Assembly: GCA_964106645.2 (NCBI GenBank) | Contig: OZ067042.1 | Length of the DNA stretch: 64,000 bases | Direction: 5' to 3' (one strand) | Origin: Podarcis pityusensis | Lineage: Eukaryota | Shown here: positions 10,601 to 23,182 of the stretch, one piece after another | How positions within the stretch are numbered: position 1 is the stretch's first letter | Layout of the letters: every line of letters begins with the position of its first letter | The notes under the pieces: model-generated | The model's database searches: none | Told to the model about the DNA's origin: nothing | The model's input: only the letters and a program-made list of their open reading frames with translations | Translations under genes and position numbers: made by a program

Positions 10601-13600
10601 TAAGGGTAGCATCTCTATGAGAGAGTATGTCATACAGATAATATTGCATTTTCAGCCACAGTCACAGAGGAATAGACACGTAACATATGTTGAAGCAGGC
10701 AATATCTTGTGCAACCCCTTCTGTGTGAAAGATTAGGAGGAATGCCTCTACTAAGATGCAAGCCACAGTATTTAAAAAGGCATAAAAACATTTTCATTAA
10801 ATCTGCTGCCCAATTAATCAGGGGCACCTTTTTAATTGATTAGAAGGTTTCAATTTTTCATCACCCAAACACTGCCACCCCTGTCATTACCTCATGTTGT
10901 ATTCCTTTGTGAGATTCACAAAGGATTGTTACATTATTGATCATTCTACAGAAGTCCAAACTCCGTGTTTTGGCTATAAAAGGATTTCTGATTCAATTCT
11001 AGCTCAGAAACCCGAACTGTCCAAGCATCTCCTCCCCAATCACCAAGAGAGGCCATTTCTAGGCCACAGGAAGCACTGTTTGAAATGGCAGCCAGATACT
11101 GAGCCAGAGGGAGATAGCTTTGCGTTGGAGTGCTTTAATACGGTTTTATACTGCATATAAAGAATGCAAGCATAAACCAGTTTGTTGAAAACTACCCTTT
11201 TGGTGAAAGCTGGCTATAATTCTGAACAAGTTTTCAATTTTCACACTGCTGCTAGGGTAAAACATTTTAAAGAGTTTAATTTTTACAGTGGCTTCAATGA
11301 CACAGGATTATCCAACAAAGTAATGGCTAATCAATAGAGGGTTTAGTTGTCAGGTGAAACATATAACACACTAAAAGGGATTGATTGCTAGGCTCCTCCT
11401 TATTTACTGGAAGGTATATATTTAAAATGACACAAACTTGTTACCAAGCCACATTCCTTTAACCTTGCAAAAGCTGTTTGAGATGAGTGTTAAGCAGCCT
11501 ATAGCAACACACTAATGGGAAAAAAATATCTACCGACGTATGACCGCTTCAAATCATGTCAGGAGCAGAAATGCAATGAGAGGAGCTCGGCGATGCAAAG
11601 CAGCATCTATCGCCAGACAAAGGTCCAAATTACCACCTGCAGATGCTGCTATAGATGTGGAGAGACTGTCTGGGGTACTACTTAAAAATTACATGAAGTG
11701 TAAAACATTGTCTTTTCATAATCTGTGGGGGAAATCAGAATATTTTGAGGTGGACTGAGGTGGTAAGGAGGGAGTATCTAAAATACAGAAACAATGAGCA
11801 AAGTATGAAATGGATCTTTCTTCTTTTCAATAAACACTGTAATGCTTGGCCAACCTTCTCTCTGCAGCCATAAGGACTAAAAATTTACCTGCTTTAAACT
11901 AGCAGAAACTGCTTCATATCTATGTTCCACAGCAGTGCAGAGTATATTAACAACTCTATCTTTTTGACTGACAAACATCTTAAGGTCTCACATTTTTAGG
12001 TTATGCCCCAAAGTACAAAGGATGAATATGACAAACACATACATCGTATCACAACATTCAGAGGATGGGAATTGGTGCAGCTCTCTGCTGAATGCATTTA
12101 CCAAGCCCAGGGTCAGTTCCTATGCAATGAGTAAAATGGTCCACAGGTCCTTCCAATGTCAGGATCAAGTGGGCCTACTCTTAATCCTTTGAATCCCTGA
12201 GGGCTTCCAAGTTTTCCATCTATACCAATGGATGGCAAGTTATTTCACAATTCATCCAAAAGATCTCATCTTTCAGCACACCAGCACTTTAATTGGAGAA
12301 TCTAAATGTTCAATAAAATTTCTTTCCCACCCCTGTAGTCAATAATTACATGATTTATCAGAGAAAGATATTATTGTAGTAAAAACCCAACAACGAAATC
12401 CAAGAGCACAATCTTCCCCCAAGTCATTTCCAGAGACAAGATTATTAAACTCTTTTTTTCATTGTTCAAACAAGGGCTTTTGCAGCAAAGCGCCAATTGC
12501 CAAATGGTAAGAAAATAGTTATTAGACTCTGAAGAATTCAGTGGAAGTGGGAAGTTATACGAACAAATCACTCTTGCAGATTCAGAAAGATCGCTTTCAT
12601 CTCACTTACAGGGCCTTATGAGACCTCCATTAATTACCCTTAAGGTCTTTCACACAGACTATTTTTTAAAAAGGCAATTTATTTATTTATTTCCAATGAG
12701 GTGCTTCTTCCAAAAGTATTAAATGCCTGCAAATTTAAAAGCGTTTTTATAAACAGGTAATTAAAAAAAAGGAAGATGAGAATTAAGTCAAGCTGCAGAG
12801 CATTACCCAGAATCCACTGTGATTATCGTTTCTATATTTAAAGTAAAATGTCTAGTCTCTGTTGCTCGGAATGCTTGTGGGAAGGGGAAAAGATCTCTGC
12901 AGGAAGTCAGCAAGAAAAAATATAGACTAGCCAAGCCAAAACCAAGAACATTTACAGAAACGTCCCCAAAGCTCAGTTTGTCATATTGCAATTACACCTT
13001 GCCTACTGTGGAGCCAGAGTCCCTAATTTTGCCACTAGAGGGAAGAATTGTCTCGACACATGGTGATGGCAAATGGGGAATGGGTTTTCCTGAGCAATTT
13101 CCATAACAATGCTCCCTTGGCTGTATGTACCTTCTAATTACTCAGTACAATTAAAATGAGTAACCTAAAAACAAATGGGGGGAGGAAATGCTCAGCCCAT
13201 TTCCAACATTTGTATCCTCTTTTATCAATCAAAACAAGGAGAAGGACAATGCTACTTTGTGTCCCATTCCCGAGCCACTGAAACTTATTCAGTAAAACAA
13301 TATTGACAAAAGCAAGGAGTACTGAATTGCTTGTAAAACAAAAACTGAAACAGGAAAAAAAAACCCAAACAAAAGAGAAATGTCATGGTATTTAGCCATC
13401 TGGTAGCAGCTTGAAAACAAATTGTCCTCCAAAGAGCAGAAATACAGTATGCTTTCTCTCAGTTCACTGGCTTATGAATATAGCTCCCCCTCCTGCCTTT
13501 CCTCCTAAAGTAGATAAGCTAATGCTGGATGTGAGTGGCTTCCGCAAACTTTTTACACTTATACCCCATTATTCAAAGGTCGCCCTAGCCTAGCCTAGGC

Positions 13601-15452
13601 TAACTGCATCTTCCCCCCCGCCCAAAAGAGCTACTGCATATGTAGCACCTCCTTAAAATGCTCTTGATTTTCTGCCTGCCAATGAAAATTTTGCCTTGTG
13701 GTTGCTGATCTTCCGAGGCTTAAATCCTTCATTTTATAAGGCTAGTCATTAAAAGGGAAGATGGCAGGCAAGTCAGTCATTTTTCTTCCCCATTGACAAT
13801 TGGTGACATTTCTCCAGCAGCGCACAAGGTGTTGAAAACCTGGCAGCTGTTACCTCCTGGGCCGGAGCTCCTTTTTTATCCTCCTCTTGACAGCTTAACT
13901 CAATGGGTCAGCACCTTTAAAGACTGCAAAGTATCAGTGAAGTGGATGGCCAGAGTTGAATTACTGCACCCTTCCTAATCAATGTAAACCCTCACTGCAG
14001 GTGAAACTCTTCATCTATAGAGGTGCATGGGGGAGGAAAATGTAATGCCCTGAGCCAGATGGGTTTCATCTTGTGTTTTTTTTGTGGTTTTTTAAAAGAA
14101 AGGAACAAGCTAACAAGGGGACAGCTACTTTGTCAGCTTCTTGGCCTCTCTCATGGCTCTGAGGCCCCAGGGTTCCAGCCACACAAGAGAAAAGAATTCA
14201 GCATACACGTAAACACTTAAAGAAATATAACTAGGGAGATGGCAACATGCTGTTTTCAAAGACTTGAGAGTCCTGCTCCGAGCTTTATTTATCACTACCC
14301 ACGTTCATTGGCCTGTAAGTGGACACGGAAACAAAAGGTCAGGACAATAGACAACGCAAGCAATTTACTCCATTACGGGGGAATGCAGAAATGCCGCACA
14401 TCTGACAGACCCGATTAGCATTGAAACAGGGACAGGGGGCAACCACAGAGTTTTTAGGCTGCAAGACAACATTTCTGCTGAACAGGCAAGGATTTCTGCA
14501 CAAGTGATATTTGGGATAATAATAGTGGATAGGAAAACACAAAAGCAAATTATAAGCACATTTGAAATAACTATTCCTCCTTCATACTGGGTCGCTTTTT
14601 CCTAACAAGCGTTCAAGATTGATACAAATTACTGTACAGCTTAGACACCAACTCTTTTCCTCACAGAAACATCTACAGCCTACTCTACAGTAACTAGGAA
14701 GCGATGTTCCTCTACTTTTGCCTCTCTTTTGCTCTGGCTTGCCCCTACTTTTAAGCATCCTGCAGCACAAAATGTCAGAGGCTTTGTATGTCCTCCCCAA
14801 CCTCTAAATGTTGCAGCTCTGTGTCGAATTGCTGAAGGAAGAGCTCATGAGAATGCTGGGTGGCTGGGACGGGGTGGGGTGGAGAAGGGTCTTGGGTGCC
14901 TCACTTTCCTTCCATCGGGAAGCTCTTAGGAGAGATGATCCCGATGAAAAGCGCAATGCACATCATTGCAATCCCGCTGCCGTCAGCACATCCCCATGGC
15001 ACCTTTTGACACGATTTCCTCTCCACAGAGATCCACCCCCAACTCACCCCATAGAGCAAGTCTTGACAGCAAAAAGGCACTTCATTATTACCCCATTTGA
15101 GCACAGGAGAGAGAAGCTTTCTTTAAACAACCTGCATTGTGCCAATATTTTTAAAGACAGTAGGGTAATCAAGTTCAGGGCAGCTCCGGACAGCTGCCCT
15201 GTGACCTATGCCTGCTGACCCTTGCTATTCATCACTTTCCTTTGGAGGATGAGGGCAAGCTCCTGGGGAGTGACCACTACAATAGACAGATACAAGCCAA
15301 CAATAATATGGTTCCTACAAAAAAGAACGGGAAAACCCAGATGGCACTGCAATAAATTTACAGATCTTCATTCATGGCTCTGTTTAACACAACCAAAAGC
15401 CAAAAGGCTCAAAGGTCCCTGGGGAGCTTCCCCCTCATTGGTTTCTAAAAGC

Positions 15453-15454
<2 letters not shown>

Positions 15455-15484
<30 letters not shown>
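15455..15484. repeat. (TC)15 microsatellite
   Basis: Seen directly. Confidence 0.95.
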
Positions 15485-15487
<3 letters not shown>

Positions 15488-15824
15488 TACTAAGCCCCAA
15501 CTCTTCAGAAATGGAGACGAAGCCCTTAAAATAACAAATGCCTGACCTAATCAATCTACTATTCGGATCCAACACTAAATGATGGCTACTGAAAACTAAT
15601 TACAGTTTTTGGCAAGAACGTTGAATTTAAAATGGAAACATACAGGTTAAAAAGGCACTGAAGCATTTGAGGGTCTGTTTTAAAAAGACTGCACACATGC
15701 ACAAACCAGGAGTCAAACCAGGAGACTGATTCAATAATTCACACATTTATTTTTAAAATGAATCAGATTAGTCCCATGTGTGACCTGCCGGTCCATCTGT
15801 ATTCACTGGACTTAATGGGCACTC

Positions 15825-15956
15825 NNNNNNNNNNNNNNNNNNNNNNNNNNNNNNNNNNNNNNNNNNNNNNNNNNNNNNNNNNNNNNNNNNNNNNNNNNNN
15901 NNNNNNNNNNNNNNNNNNNNNNNNNNNNNNNNNNNNNNNNNNNNNNNNNNNNNNNN
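15825..15956. other. Assembly gap (N run)
   Basis: Run of n characters. Confidence 0.99.
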
Positions 15957-16193
15957 AAAATTCGTTTGTTAGCTTAAACATAGTTGCCAAAAACTTTGTC
16001 CCCTTGTCATGGTTTTCCAAGGCTGCAAACACACATCCACACAACCTCCCCCACCCACGGCCCCCCAGCATTCAATTTCCCCCCAAGTCTTTCTTCACAG
16101 AATACATGCTAATAAGACCTAATTATATTTACTTCTCTAAACGGTACATGGCTTTAAACTAGGTTATGTTTCTCTCTGCTGGCTTCGTCTATG

Positions 16194-16393
16194 CACTGGC
16201 GGAGGAAGAGAAGTGTGGGAGGAGCACACCGTCCCCGGCAGTGTGATCCCGGTGGGTGCCATTGCGGCTGCCCCCCTGCCTGTGCTGGGCACCATGCCCC
16301 CGCAGGCGACATGCCACACCCCCAGGATGCACGCCAGCCCCGCCCCTGCCTGCTCTCCGCCCCCCGGTGCCGGAACATGAAGCTCCGCCACTG
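16194..16393. mobile_element. GC-rich hAT-type MITE (200 bp)
   Basis: TIRs cactggcggag / ctccgccactg (1 mismatch); 8-bp TSD cgtctatg / cttctatg. Confidence 0.8.
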
Positions 16394-18097
16394 CTTCTAT
16401 GCAAGAGTAATGGGAAGTGACCAAAGGTACCCACTAAACATTTGAAGTACATGACTTCCCCTAAAGTACATGACTTCCCGTAAAGATTCCTGGAAACTTT
16501 AGCTGTAGCTCTGTAGGAGGTCAGCTACAGTTCCCAAGATTATTTAGGAGAAGTCTTACACTTTAAATGCATGGAGCCAAAATAAAGGCCACCATAGGTT
16601 ACACCTCCATGTGGAAATGTGTTTTCATTCTGCAATGCATAATAAGCAGTGCTGTATACTTGCCATGTGTACATAGATCAAGCAGATGATGCTTGCAAAA
16701 GTTCTCTAACCCATGTACTTGCAGATCACATACTGATGCTGTCCTTTCATGAGTGAGAATGATTGTTGTGAATTTTAGGGTCATTTTACTAAATAAAAGG
16801 ACAATAGGAAGTTTAAGGAGTGGCTGGATGTCCAGCCTTATTTCCCCCTCCCCCCACAACAACAAATTTGCCCTCTCCTGAGCAATGTTTGCATTCAAAG
16901 AAGAAAATAGAACTGTTTTTCAGAAAAGAAACACATTGCTTTCTCGATTCCTTCTCGGTCCCTATGGGACTATCCAGACAGGGAATTTATTTACCAACGG
17001 GATATTGAGATATCACAAATGGATCAATGGCAACAGCTTTATCCTTTATGCAATATCACACACAGAAAACCCCTTAATATTGGATCTTTCCCAGAAACGG
17101 AAAATCTAGATTAAAGGGAGGGTGGGACAGTGATATTGGTTGAAATGTTGATGCCAACAGTGTTGTGTGGATCCTGCAAAAAAAAAGAAATAAGAAAATG
17201 CATATCTGAGGAGCATTGATTTCACAAATACATGGCTGGAAGCATATCTGATCTCAAAGATATAGCCTGCAGGCCAATTTGGACTGACTGCTTTTCCAAT
17301 GAGTTCAGCCAAGTAATACCTCTTCTTTATTTACTGTCCAAGAAAATCTCAGCTGTACCCTGTTGATGCCAGCTACCAGGCCTCACTAACCAGAATGCTA
17401 CTGTCTGCAAACTGGTAACAGCAGCTGAAGGTTAAGACTATGGCATAAACCATCAATAACCCTTGTGTGTAAGGGAGTGCATCTAAATTCCAAGAATCAC
17501 TTTTTAAATTAGCAGCCAATTCTGTATTAACTGAAAAGCCTATTAGCTCACCTTTCTTCTGTTCTGGTTCAAGTTTAGATTAGGAATATAACTGAATGTT
17601 TGTTCCTTTAGTTATGGCCACACACATAAGAATCAAGGCCTATTGGTCTGAAAACTTGCCTGATAGCAATACAAACTTGCTATTCCCCAAGAGGTCAAGG
17701 GTGGTTGCAGAATACGTGGATCACTTGTACAGCACATGACAAGGAATTCAGTATCCATGCATTACTAGCACAGCAAAGAATCACACCACCTGCTTGATCC
17801 ACAAGATTGCTCTCTAAGGCACATTACTGGAGCAATGTACAATACATAAGAAAGTAAGCTTGCATACTGCTCTGGAAAGATGTGAATTAGCTCCAAGGTG
17901 CCTTCCAAAGAATGGCTGTTGTAACTTGAAAACTTATATACTCTTTCAGGAAAGAGAGAGGGAGGGAGGGAGAGAAAAATAATAATAATTCCTTTATGTG
18001 TTTTGTATCTTTCCAAGTTGCAAGGGATGTCAAAGGACTCTAGGTCATTCAAGGAAAGGGGCTGGGTGGGTTTTGCACACCTAAATTCAGTGCATAC

Positions 18098-18175
18098 CTG
18101 CCTGAGTGCATTCTTCTCGGGAATGATCTTCCTGGGGGGCTCGTCATTGTTACAGTCTTCTCTCTCAGATGAATT
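18098..18175 (-). CDS. BTRC: BTRC exon 3 (78 nt, phase 0-0)
   Basis: Acceptor cctttccccctctcatctgcatag|AAT and donor CAG|gtatgc. Translates to NSSEREDCNNDEPPRKIIPEKNALRQ (human NSSEREDCNNGEPPRKIIPEKNSLRQ). Not in the ORF track. Confidence 0.96.
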
Positions 18176-18659
18176 CTATGCAGATGAGAGGGGGAAAGGT
18201 GCAAATCATTAATTCAGATATTTTCCTTTCAACACTGATCTAAGAAAGCAAAAAATCTGATGTTTTCAGCAACATTACCTATGAGTTTTCACTTCCTTTG
18301 AATTCTTTTTGTTAAGACGCATCAATATTTTTTATTTTGTCTGGCACGCAATTGGATAAATTGGAATGAGTGTCTGCCATAGACATAGCCTGTGACATAT
18401 CCAGTATCATGGAAAAGAGCAAGCCACTATAAACAGACCCTAGACATATTCCTTCATGACAGATACCCATCTAATTAAACAAGACTTTCAAAATATTACA
18501 AAGTCAGATTTTTTGTATTCCCAGCATGTGTCCAAGCACTTCCATAATGCTGGATCTGAACTCTTCTACATAACTAAAGTGGGATGCCCTGGCTCACAAC
18601 AATACTAGGGTTTAATACAATGGAATTACTTCCACTTCAATGACTTTGATAATGAACGT

Positions 18660-19322
18660 TAAGAACCTAAGAAGAGCCTGCTGAACATTCAACTTCATTG
18701 GATATCCATGACTTCCAATGTTATGGGAGAGGGAGAACAACTTTTTTCTATCTATTTATAAACTTCATGTCACCTCTTATTTGCCTTCTCTCTAAATTGG
18801 GAAATCCCAGCTACCACAATCATTTTGGTTGCCTTTTTCTGAACCTTTTCCAACTCTACAAGGTCTTATTTCGTGTGAGGAAACTAGCACTGCACACAGT
18901 ATTCCAAATGTGGCTGTACCATAGATTTGTATAACCACCTTATTTGATTTCAATTCCCTTCCTAATGCTCCCTAGCATTGAATTTGCCTTTTTCACAGCT
19001 GCTGCACACTGAGGTGAACATCTTCATTGAGATATCCACTAGGATCCCTCATTCCTGGTCAGCCACAGACAGATCCCCTGAACATATATGTGAAATTATG
19101 AATCTTTTTTGCCCTGACTTTACACTTTGCATTGAACTGCGTTTTCCATTTTATTGACCATTCACTCAGTTTGGAGATGTCCTTTTGGAGCTCTTCACAT
19201 TTCCTTTTTGTTTTAACAACCCTGAGCAATTTAGTATCATCAGCAAATTTTGCCACCTCTCTGTTCACTCCTAACTCTAGATCATTTATGATCAAGTTAT
19301 AAACAGGTCCTAATACCTATCC
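18660..19322 (-). mobile_element. CR1 LINE fragment (RT to 3' end)
   Basis: ORF 19059-19295 reads INDLELGVNREVAKFADDTKL...LQKDISKLSEWSIKWKTQFNAKCKV. A CR1-type 3' tail (aagaacctaagaagagcctgctg on the + strand) lies at the left end. Confidence 0.9.
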
Positions 19323-19344
19323 TTAATGTTTCCATTAAGATCCA

Positions 19345-19790
19345 AAAGCCTGGACAAATAAAAATGTCTTCAGCCTTTATTTAAATGTATCAACTATGGG
19401 TGCCAACCAAATGTTGCTTAGGAAAAACAGACTACCTTGGAAGGTGGTGGACTCTCCTTCACTGTAAGTTTTTAAAAAGGTGTTAGCTAGCCATCTATCA
19501 GGCATTCTTTAGTTGTGATTCCTGCACTGCAGGGGGTTGGACTAGAGTGATCCTTGAATCACTTCCACCTCTACAATTCTATTTTTCTGATATTGTATAA
19601 ATGGGCACAGTCACTAAGAATGACTTGTCACATGTCGTTGTCCTAACTGCCACACCCACAGATGGGTCAGAAAGCAAGGCATCACCCACTGATCGTAATA
19701 CATGGTTTGGGTAGTTATTTGGGAGACATTCCTTTTAGGGTACTTGAATCCAGAGTTGTTCCGGACTTTATATGCTAGCAACTGTATGTT
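19345..19790 (-). mobile_element. Old L2 fragment interrupted by a CR1 3' end
   Basis: L2-like minus-strand segments lie on both sides of 19431-19590. Confidence 0.5.
19431..19590 (+). mobile_element. CR1 3' terminal fragment
   Basis: ggtggtggactctccttcactg...cctgcactgcagggggttggactag...ctctacaattctat, a typical squamate CR1 3' end. Confidence 0.8.
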
Positions 19791-19829
19791 ACAAAATTAA
19801 GGATCACAATGTGAAAAAAATATTTTTAT

Positions 19830-20320
19830 GGGACTTAGAAATGTAGCATGCAAACAGCTCCTGGAAGCAGTGACTTTGTGGAAAGACCCAAATTAGTCCT
19901 GTGAGTTGCAACCTAAATACTAAGAGGAACACAGAGGAACTCCAAAATACCATGCCACTGTTACAATATAGTTTAGCAAGCTGATATATTTGCTACGTAC
20001 TGATACTAGCTGTTCCAGAAGCTCTTTTACAGTTGAAGACTTTGGTATAAATAAAGAATGTTATATAGGATATAAAAACAGACAGGATTTCTACCCAACA
20101 AGTATTTTAGCTAACCCAAATGGTAAAGACTGAGTTACCATGAATAGAGTCTGGATAGGAAAGGGTAGACAAAGCACCATCCACTGTCTTGGTCAATCTA
20201 CTTATAGAGTATGTTTTAAGGAACGATCTGAAACTGGAAACAGACTGACTAATGATGAAGGACATAAGTCCATGAAAAGGTTAAAATATGGGTGGGAAAT
20301 ATGGAATTAATAACACAAGT
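19830..20320 (+). mobile_element. Degenerate RTE-clade (BovB-like) RT remnant
   Basis: Frameshifted similarity to VRTE...IGKGVRQG...LFNLYxEYILR...GVKIGGRNINN (ataggaaagggtagacaa; gtcaatctacttatagagtatgttttaagg; ggttaaaat...aattaataac). Confidence 0.4.
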
Positions 20321-21018
20321 AGAGAAGAAGAAAAAGTAAAACTAGTACATACATTATACTTTTAGGGTGGTACCTGAATACAGTACTAACAAGTGGCAGC
20401 ACCAAGCAAATGCTCCCTTTTTTCTCTCTCCTTCGCCTTCCTTCTAGGATAAATGCATGACCAAATGCCATGGAATTCAACAGCCTTTATGTTGCCTGTC
20501 CCAACATGCTTCAAGTTTACCAATTTCTTCCTTGAAACTAAACAGCTAATTTGAAACCTTTGTTTTATTCATTATCTTTATAGGTGGCAAGACTAAGAGG
20601 TTGGCTGAACAAAGACCAGACAATGACTGCCAAGTGCATATGGTGGCTCACAGCTTGCCGTCGCCCCATTCTACTGCACCAACACAGCAGACTATTAAAA
20701 AGGAGCGCTGCTCATGCACTTTTGTCAGCAAGTTAAGTTACGCTTGGCAAAGGATGAAAACTGGAAAAGATTATGCTCCTTAAGAAGCAGCAAAGATGGA
20801 ACCGATTGCTTGGAAACTGGAAATCTTGTTTCCATGTGGACAACAAGCTTTAGAACACAGGAAATTCTTTGCAATCTTTAGATTCTGCTATGCATTTCAA
20901 AGGTGAAATAAATAAGTACATCTGCAGGCATCACTCCTCACTGAACTGCTCATCAGGTTTTCATAGCACTCTTTGGGGCCTAGGGTCTGGGCCCTTGGAA
21001 GCAAAAATTAGGAATTGC

Positions 21019-21037
21019 TGGCGCCCTCTATTGACCA
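21019..21037 (-). promoter_or_regulatory. CTCF-like binding motif, reverse orientation
   Basis: Minus strand TGGTCAATAGAGGGCGCCA versus consensus TGGCCACCAGRGGGCGCYA. Retains a CpG in CpG-poor intron. Confidence 0.6.
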
Positions 21038-22356
21038 ATAAAGGAATGTTTTGAGTGAAATTCTAAAACTGTGAATACAGAATACAGCATCAAAGAAATC
21101 AAAACTACAGTAAAATCACATAGGAGGGAGAAAGCAGAAGCCTCCCCACAGCCCACCCCAAAAGATGTGGGTGAAAACCCTGACAGCTCTTGATCGTACT
21201 AGATTGAATGCTTTCTTTTCACCAGGCTGCTCTCATTTGACAAATATTTTTACAAAAGCAAGATATGTGGAATCTCTCACACAAGCAGTACAATTTCAGG
21301 CATGAAGCACAAGGCACAATTAATCAGGTCTTTTTTGAGACCAGTTTACCTCATAGTATGTGCTCTGGTAATCTTCCCCCACATCTAACACTCAGCAAGC
21401 CAACATTTCCAGAATGACAGCTCAACCCTTGAGCTCAACCCACATGGTACTGGTAGAAGGTAATGTCTGGAATTATCCCATGATCACCAAATGCTTATCA
21501 GAAAGACAGTGGGATTATGTGGGGCAGTGAAGAATGGAGGACACACAAAAAATCCCTCAATAAAAATGTCTCCTATAAGCAAGCATTGGATATGTAACAT
21601 AACTGTAAGGAAAGTCTGAAAAGAAGTATGAGCTTCTTTGGCCTCTCTTGTGAAACAACATTTCCATGGAACTTAATCATGATTCTTGTACAGAAAATTA
21701 TGGGAAAGCTGAGCATGTGAATGGGGTTTGAAATTCTTATCTTAACAGTTAGGCAGCAAGGTAAAGATCACTTCTCTTTTACAATGCTAACAGGAGCATA
21801 TTTTTGAGACAATCCTATGTTCTAATCTTAGACAGTTAAGTGTCTAAAAGAGACCCTTGACAAATCTCATTTGTGTGAGAAGACTTGTAATTAACAGAAT
21901 TCACTTGCATGGCAACATAGCTACCCCAACGCTCGGTACTACCCCTAAACCCAATACACAATTTATTAATATCAATGACATAGGAAACTCAGCCGCCACC
22001 CCTACCTAAAACGTCCTCATAGTTGCACTGAAGCAACTTAACTGTGATATTGCAACTTTCATGCCTATAAACCATCCAAACAAATGCTGGAATCAGATGC
22101 AATGGATGGATGAAAGCATTCCAAAGGACTATCAGCTGAACAGAACCACCTTTTAAGACAGCCCCTCATCTCACAACAGATATCACAATAACCATGCCAA
22201 CTACGGAGATGCTTTTCTTCTTCTTCTTCTGAGGGTGGGAGGAGGAAAAGACTGTACTCGCCAGCACTAATTATAAAGCCATACAGATGCAGCACTTTTT
22301 CAAATGTCTATCTGTGTGTGAGAGAGGAACCATGTCTATGCAGAGAGCACTTTTTA

Positions 22357-23182
22357 NNNNNNNNNNNNNNNNNNNNNNNNNNNNNNNNNNNNNNNNNNNN
22401 NNNNNNNNNNNNNNNNNNNNNNNNNNNNNNNNNNNNNNNNNNNNNNNNNNNNNNNNNNNNNNNNNNNNNNNNNNNNNNNNNNNNNNNNNNNNNNNNNNNN
22501 NNNNNNNNNNNNNNNNNNNNNNNNNNNNNNNNNNNNNNNNNNNNNNNNNNNNNNNNNNNNNNNNNNNNNNNNNNNNNNNNNNNNTGGGCCTTGTGCGTTC
22601 ATGCTAGTATGCAGAAACTGATTAATTGTCGTCGTGTGCTGGTCGGCTGTNNNNNNNNNNNNNNNNNNNNNNNNNNNNNNNNNNNNNNNNNNNNNNNNNN
22701 NNNNNNNNNNNNNNNNNNNNNNNNNNNNNNNNNNNNNNNNNNNNNNNNNNNNNNNNNNNNNNNNNNNNNNNNNNNNNNNNNNNNNNNNNNNNNNNNNNNN
22801 NNNNNNNNNNNNNNNNNNNNNNNNNNNNNNNNNNNNNNNNNNNNNNNNNNNNNNNNNNNNNNNNNNNNNNNNNNNNNNNNNNNNNNNNNNNNNNNNNNNN
22901 NNNNNNNNNNNNNNNNNNNNNNNNNNNNNNNNNNNNNNNNNNNNNNNNNNNNNNNNNNACAGCTGAGCATCTCCTTTGCACAAAGCCCCCAAGCGCAAGG
23001 CTNNNNNNNNNNNNNNNNNNNNNNNNNNNNNNNNNNNNNNNNNNNNNNNNNNNNNNNNNNNNNNNNNNNNNNNNNNNNNNNNNNNNNNNNNNNNNNNNNN
23101 NNNNNNNNNNNNNNNNNNNNNNNNNNNNNNNNNNNNNNNNNNNNNNNNNNNNNNNNNNNNNNNNNNNNNNNNNNNNNNNNNN
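22357..23182. other. Cluster of three assembly gaps (22357-22584, 22651-22958, 23003-23182)
   Basis: N runs separated by 66-bp and 44-bp sequence islands. Confidence 0.99.

Noticed and set aside
14808-15545. 136-aa and 107-aa plus-strand ORFs as a nested antisense gene
   Set aside because: No recognisable domain, one runs through a microsatellite, and such lengths are expected by chance.
16154-16452. CpG-island-like segment or internal promoter with overlapping ORFs
   Set aside because: Explained by a 200-bp hAT MITE with TIRs and an 8-bp TSD.
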